A DNA stretch of 64,000 bases from an uncultured Thermoplasmata archaeon (GTDB lineage: Archaea; Thermoplasmatota; Thermoplasmata; Lutacidiplasmatales; UBA184): contig CAVTJV010000007.1 of NCBI GenBank assembly GCA_963735185.1, positions 872,651-936,650 of the forward strand, read 5' to 3'. The position numbers and the translations under genes are program-made. Under the pieces are notes generated by a model, which saw nothing but the letters and a program-made list of their open reading frames with translations, did not search any database and was not told where the DNA came from. Position 1 is the first letter of the stretch. Each line of letters begins with the position of its first letter. Shown here one piece after another: positions 59,899 through 64,000 of this stretch.

Positions 59899-60009
59899 CG
59901 GACAGCCGCACCTTGTTTCGGGTAAAAGGCCGTTGGGGGATGGCCCTCTCGGGTCTTCGCCTACTTTCCGAGGCAAAAGAGGAAAAGGAGCGTACGGCTG
60001 GGTCGGTCG

Positions 60010-61182
60010 ATGGTCGACTGGGACCGGGTGGAGGAGCTCCGGTCGAAAGGCTGGGACTGGGACAAGATTGCGGACGACCCGAAGGTCGCGTTCCATCCCG
60101 ATTCCTCGGTGGAGGAACCCGGGCGCGCGCTCCGGGGGCTCTATCACCGGCAGCGGTCGCGCCAGCGTCGCCAGGGCGAAGCCCCCAAGGCCGTCACCCC
60201 GACCAAGGAGGACCGCGAGAAGGCGGAACGGAAATGGACCCTCCCCCGCATCGGCTACCTCCTCGTGCCGATCTTCGGGATCTGGTTCGCCCTCGCCTAC
60301 ATCGTCCCCTCTCCGGTCGGTCTCGTCCTACCGGCGATCCCGTACCTCGCTCTCGCCCTCGTCATCGCGGCGTTCCTCCTCCTCTTCGGTCTGTTCCGCT
60401 CCGACAAGGCGCGTTGGTCGAAGGTCTACCGGTCAACCTTGGTGACGGGGATCGTGCTGGGTCTCGTGATCTCGGGGGTCATCGCCCTCGGCGGCGTTCT
60501 CTTCTTCGGCTGCCCGGTCCTCCCGTCCTCTCAGCACTCGGAACCCGCTCCCGGCTGGACCTCGGTGAGCGTCTCCCCGTGGCACGAGAACGGCCTGCCG
60601 ACCGTCTACTACTACGGCGCGACCTGGTGCCCGTACTGTTCCGCGAGCAGCTGGGCCATCTGGAAGGCGCTCAGCGGGTTCGGAACCGTGAGCGGCGTAT
60701 CGTTCATCTACTCCGCCGAGGACAATATTCCCGAGGTGGACCTATCGAGCGCCCAGGTCACTTCCGCCACCCCGACGGTCACATTCGTCGTGAACGAGGA
60801 CACCTCCGGGGTCACCGGGAACTTCCCGACCACTTCCAACTGCATCGAGCAGGCGTACGTCAGCGCCTACTCCGGTAGCTCGATCCCGTTCGTGGTCATC
60901 AATGGCCAGTACGTGCACGGGGGTTCGTCGCTCATCTCGCCGGGGGACGTCAACACGTACACGACCACCCAGTTGGAACAACAGGTCGGGGCCGCGAACG
61001 GGGGTGCCTGGTCCGTGGTTCAGGGACAGACGTGGTGGATGATGGCGTTCATCGCCAAGTCGGCCGGCGCCACACCCGCCAACCTAGCCCAGCAGCCGTA
61101 CTACTCGGGTTGGGGCGCCAACGCGGTGTGGGGCAGCAGCACCCAAAGTTCCGTGTCGAGCGACCTTTCCCAGATCACCTAG
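60010..61182 (+). CDS. Membrane-anchored thioredoxin-fold protein (DUF929-like) with N-terminal HTH-like segment
   Basis: Three TM segments, then YYGATWCPYCSASSW, SIPFVVINGQY. Confidence 0.75.
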   Translation: MVDWDRVEELRSKGWDWDKIADDPKVAFHPDSSVEEPGRALRGLYHRQRSRQRRQGEAPKAVTPTKEDREKAERKWTLPRIGYLLVPIFGIWFALAYIVPSPVGLVLPAIPYLALALVIAAFLLLFGLFRSDKARWSKVYRSTLVTGIVLGLVISGVIALGGVLFFGCPVLPSSQHSEPAPGWTSVSVSPWHENGLPTVYYYGATWCPYCSASSWAIWKALSGFGTVSGVSFIYSAEDNIPEVDLSSAQVTSATPTVTFVVNEDTSGVTGNFPTTSNCIEQAYVSAYSGSSIPFVVINGQYVHGGSSLISPGDVNTYTTTQLEQQVGAANGGAWSVVQGQTWWMMAFIAKSAGATPANLAQQPYYSGWGANAVWGSSTQSSVSSDLSQIT

Positions 61183-61191
61183 AACGTCGAA

Positions 61192-61704
61192 ATGCGGACG
61201 CGGGATATCCGGTCGGTCATCTACCTCGCCGGCGGGCTCGGCCTCATCGTCGCGATCTACACGTACCTCGAGACGGTCCAGGCGTCGCTGCAGAAGTACT
61301 GCACCATCAACGCCTACGTCTCGTGCGGAGCCGTCGCGAACAGCGGGAGGACCGCGCTCTTCGGCGTCCCGGATTCGTTCATTGGCATCGGCGGTTTCGT
61401 CCTCATCCTGCTCGTGGCCGGGGTCGCGGAGTCCCGACGTAAGGAACTCCTCTGGCCGTACCTGCTGCTCCTCATCACGGCGATGGGAGTCGGGGTCTCC
61501 CTCTACTTCCTCTACGAGGAGCTCTTCGAGATCCAGGCGCTCTGCCCCGTCTGCCTCGCCGCCTGGGTCTGTGGCTGGGTCGCGTGCGGCGGCTCGATCG
61601 CCCTCGTCCGCAAGGTCCGTGCCAAGGCCCGGTCCCGCGCGCAAGAGAAACCGGCCCCGCCCCCCTCCCCGGAGGGGACGTCGCATCCCTCCCCCAAGGA
61701 CTAG
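61192..61704 (+). CDS. Vitamin K epoxide reductase family protein
   Basis: Loop cysteines CTINAYVSC, TM helices, active-site CPVC. Confidence 0.9.
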   Translation: MRTRDIRSVIYLAGGLGLIVAIYTYLETVQASLQKYCTINAYVSCGAVANSGRTALFGVPDSFIGIGGFVLILLVAGVAESRRKELLWPYLLLLITAMGVGVSLYFLYEELFEIQALCPVCLAAWVCGWVACGGSIALVRKVRAKARSRAQEKPAPPPSPEGTSHPSPKD

Positions 61705-61785
61705 ATTCCTCGCCGGTGGAGCGGGACCACTCCCGTGGGTTCCGGGTTATATACCCGACCTTGTTCGGCCGGCCCGGGTCGCTCT

Positions 61786-62016
61786 ATGGTCAGCGATACA
61801 GTAGCTGCCGCCGGGCTCATCGCCGCCGGCATCGCCATCGCGGGCGGGCTGATCGGCACGGGCATGGCGCAGTCCGGCATCGGCGCAGCCGGCATGGGGA
61901 TCATCGCCGAGAAGCCGGAGAAGTTCGGCCAAGTGTTGTTCTTCTTCGTCATCCCCGAGACGCTCTGGATCATCGGCTTCGTGCTGGGGATCATCCTCTT
62001 GCTCGGGGTCATCTAG
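61786..62016 (+). CDS. atpK: A-type ATP synthase subunit K (c)
   Basis: Gly-rich hairpin, AEKPE loop, ion-binding Glu in PETL. Confidence 0.93.
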   Translation: MVSDTVAAAGLIAAGIAIAGGLIGTGMAQSGIGAAGMGIIAEKPEKFGQVLFFFVIPETLWIIGFVLGIILLLGVI

Positions 62017-62035
62017 TAGCCGTGCGCTCGGTCCT

Positions 62036-62587
62036 ATGAGCCTCGAAAGCCTCGTCGACGAGATCCGCCGTCGCGGCGAGGCCGACCTCGCCGAGGTCCT
62101 CGCCCGCCGGGAGGCCGATAGCGCGAAGATCCTCGCCGATACGGACCGTCGGCTCGAAGAGGTCCGTTCGGAAAGTGCCGGTGCCACCGACGCCGAGGTC
62201 GCCCACGAACGGGCCCAACGCCTGGCGGCGGCGAAGCTCCAATCCCGGAAACTCCTCTACGAGGCCCGGGAGAAGCGGCTCGTGAACGCAATCGCGGAGA
62301 CCCGGGACCTCCTGGAAGGGTACACCCGGTCCGTGCAGTATCCGGCTGTGTTGAAGCGGATGGTCGCGGCCGCCGGCGAATCGCTTGGCAAGCCCGTCCG
62401 CATCTCCGGCCGAGCCGAGGACGCCGCATTGCTCGCCAAGGTCGCCGGGAAGAGCTTCGACCCGACGCCTCAGCCGATCCTCGGAGGCCTCATCGCGGAG
62501 ACCCCCGACGGGAGCCGCCGACTGAACCTCTCGTTCGACGAGCTCCTCCGGCTGCGCGAGGACCGGGTCCGCGCGCTCCTCGCCTAG
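62036..62587 (+). CDS. atpE: A-type ATP synthase subunit E
   Basis: MSLESLVDEI, coiled coil, ILGGLIAE...RLNLSFD. Confidence 0.88.
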   Translation: MSLESLVDEIRRRGEADLAEVLARREADSAKILADTDRRLEEVRSESAGATDAEVAHERAQRLAAAKLQSRKLLYEAREKRLVNAIAETRDLLEGYTRSVQYPAVLKRMVAAAGESLGKPVRISGRAEDAALLAKVAGKSFDPTPQPILGGLIAETPDGSRRLNLSFDELLRLREDRVRALLA

Positions 62588-62600
62588 GCCGGCATCTATC

Positions 62601-63677
62601 ATGGCGTCCTCTCCGTACGCGAGCGCCCTCGGTCGCCTGAACCCGGAGTTCCCCGCGTTCCTTCCCAAGGAGACGTACCCGCTGCTCCTCGCGGCCAAGG
62701 ACCCGAACGAGTTCGCGAAGATCCTCGAGACGACCCCGTACGCCGAGGACGTCGCCCGCGTCCGAGCGACCCACTCCGACGTCACCCTGGTCGAGCTCGC
62801 GATCAACCGCACCTTCGTGCGGAGGAACCGACACGCGTTCGAGGCGACCCCGTTCGCCGGTCGCTCGGTCGTCGCGGCGTACCTGGGTCGTTGGGACATC
62901 CAGAACATCGAGATGATCCTCACGGCGAAGGCGAAGGGGCGGGGGGTCACCGATACCGAGGACCACCTGATCTCGAGCCGCGAGATCCCCGCCGGACTGT
63001 ACGCGGGCGCAATGAACCTGGACGACTTTCGGATCCTCCTCGGCCAGCCGACGGTCGAAGCGATGGTCACCTCGCTCGTGAAGTACGGCTACGGCGCGAC
63101 GATCCTGCCGTTCCTCGAGGCGTTCGAGCGGACGCACAACATCTTCCCCATCCTGCTCGCGCTCGACAAGGAGTACTACCGGAACGTGCTCGCCCAGGCC
63201 CGCTTCTTCCAGGGCGATGAGTGGGTGGTACGCAACCTCGTCCAGAGCGAGATCGACGCGCGGAACGCCCTCCTCCTCCTCAAGGGGAAGGCCCACCGCC
63301 TGCCGGTCGACGACGTCCTCGCCCGGTGGACGGACGGAGGCACGTTGACCGCGAGTGAAGCCTCGGACATCTTCTCGGCCCGGACCGTCCCCGAGCTCGC
63401 CGATCGCCTCGCACCCCGGTGCCCCTCGATCGGGGACGGCGCCGCCGAGTGGGAGTCGGCCGAAAGCCTGACGGGCTACGAGGTCGCGATCGAACGCGAG
63501 CGGGCCGCCACCGAACTGAAGCGCCTACGGACCTACCCGCTCTCGCTCAGCGTGATCTTCGCGTTCCTATTGCGGAACGAGCTCGAACGCAGCGACCTCC
63601 GCCGGGCCGTGTTCGGTCGGTTGTACGGGGTCCCCCCCGAGCGGCTGACCCCGCTGCTCGTATCGCCCCGCCTCTGA
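62601..63677 (+). CDS. atpC: A-type ATP synthase subunit C
   Basis: LETTPY, WDIQNI, LDKEYY, EIDARN, PLSLSVIFAFLLRNELE. Confidence 0.9.
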   Translation: MASSPYASALGRLNPEFPAFLPKETYPLLLAAKDPNEFAKILETTPYAEDVARVRATHSDVTLVELAINRTFVRRNRHAFEATPFAGRSVVAAYLGRWDIQNIEMILTAKAKGRGVTDTEDHLISSREIPAGLYAGAMNLDDFRILLGQPTVEAMVTSLVKYGYGATILPFLEAFERTHNIFPILLALDKEYYRNVLAQARFFQGDEWVVRNLVQSEIDARNALLLLKGKAHRLPVDDVLARWTDGGTLTASEASDIFSARTVPELADRLAPRCPSIGDGAAEWESAESLTGYEVAIERERAATELKRLRTYPLSLSVIFAFLLRNELERSDLRRAVFGRLYGVPPERLTPLLVSPRL

Positions 63678-63707
63678 TCGAAGGGAACGCGAGCGCACCG
63701 AACCGGT

Positions 63708-64000
63708 TCACTGCACGGGGGTCTGGACGATCGGTCCCCCGGGAAGCTCTCCATGGGTGTCCAGGGAGGACACCGTGTGGGTCCGGGGGGAACCGAACGG
63801 ACGGAAGACCTTCCCGTTACCGGTGTAGAACTTCGAGAAGTACTCGACGAAGATCAGCCGCGCTCCCTGGATCCCCGGCTCGAAGACCCCGATGACTACG
63901 TTGAATGCCTGGCCGATGATGATGATGACGAGACCGGCGAAGATCCCCACCAGCGTCCCGCCGAGGATGAGGCCGCCGCCGATGGTGTTGATGACGAGCG
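63708..64000 (-). CDS. atpI: A-type ATP synthase subunit I (a), C-terminal part
   Basis: [41 protein letters not shown]. Confidence 0.9.
   Translation of the reverse strand, partial: LVINTIGGGLILGGTLVGIFAGLVIIIIGQAFNVVIGVFEPGIQGARLIFVEYFSKFYTGNGKVFRPFGSPRTHTVSSLDTHGELPGGPIVQTPVQ

Overview
GC-rich archaeal chromosomal segment, mostly core genes. The gene set (PolD DP2, RadA, L7Ae-S28e-L24e-ndk, FtsZ, A-type ATPase K/E/C/I, archaeal SRP RNA, split MetE, PurP) points to Thermoplasmata; this lineage call is an inference, not a database result. About 60 CDSs are supported, plus an SRP RNA and a tRNA-Arg(UCG) with a non-canonical T-loop intron. No CRISPR array, rRNA or mobile element was seen. At least five genes (KaiC-like ATPase, tyrS, purH, Pop5-like, STAND ATPase) are broken by single-base losses, mostly in G/C runs, which looks like long-read error. 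Most notable: (1) a solo Cas4-like Fe-S nuclease interrupted by two transmembrane helices and apparently split in two, inserted in the L24e-ndk operon; (2) an unannotated ~430-nt highly structured element next to a HerA-like ATPase fused to a wHTH and a PD-(D/E)xK-like domain; (3) the 59/60 tRNA intron; (4) an archaeal sodN/sodX nickel-SOD pair; (5) an HTH-TM-thioredoxin-like protein paired with VKOR; (6) a CC1-like chromatin protein.
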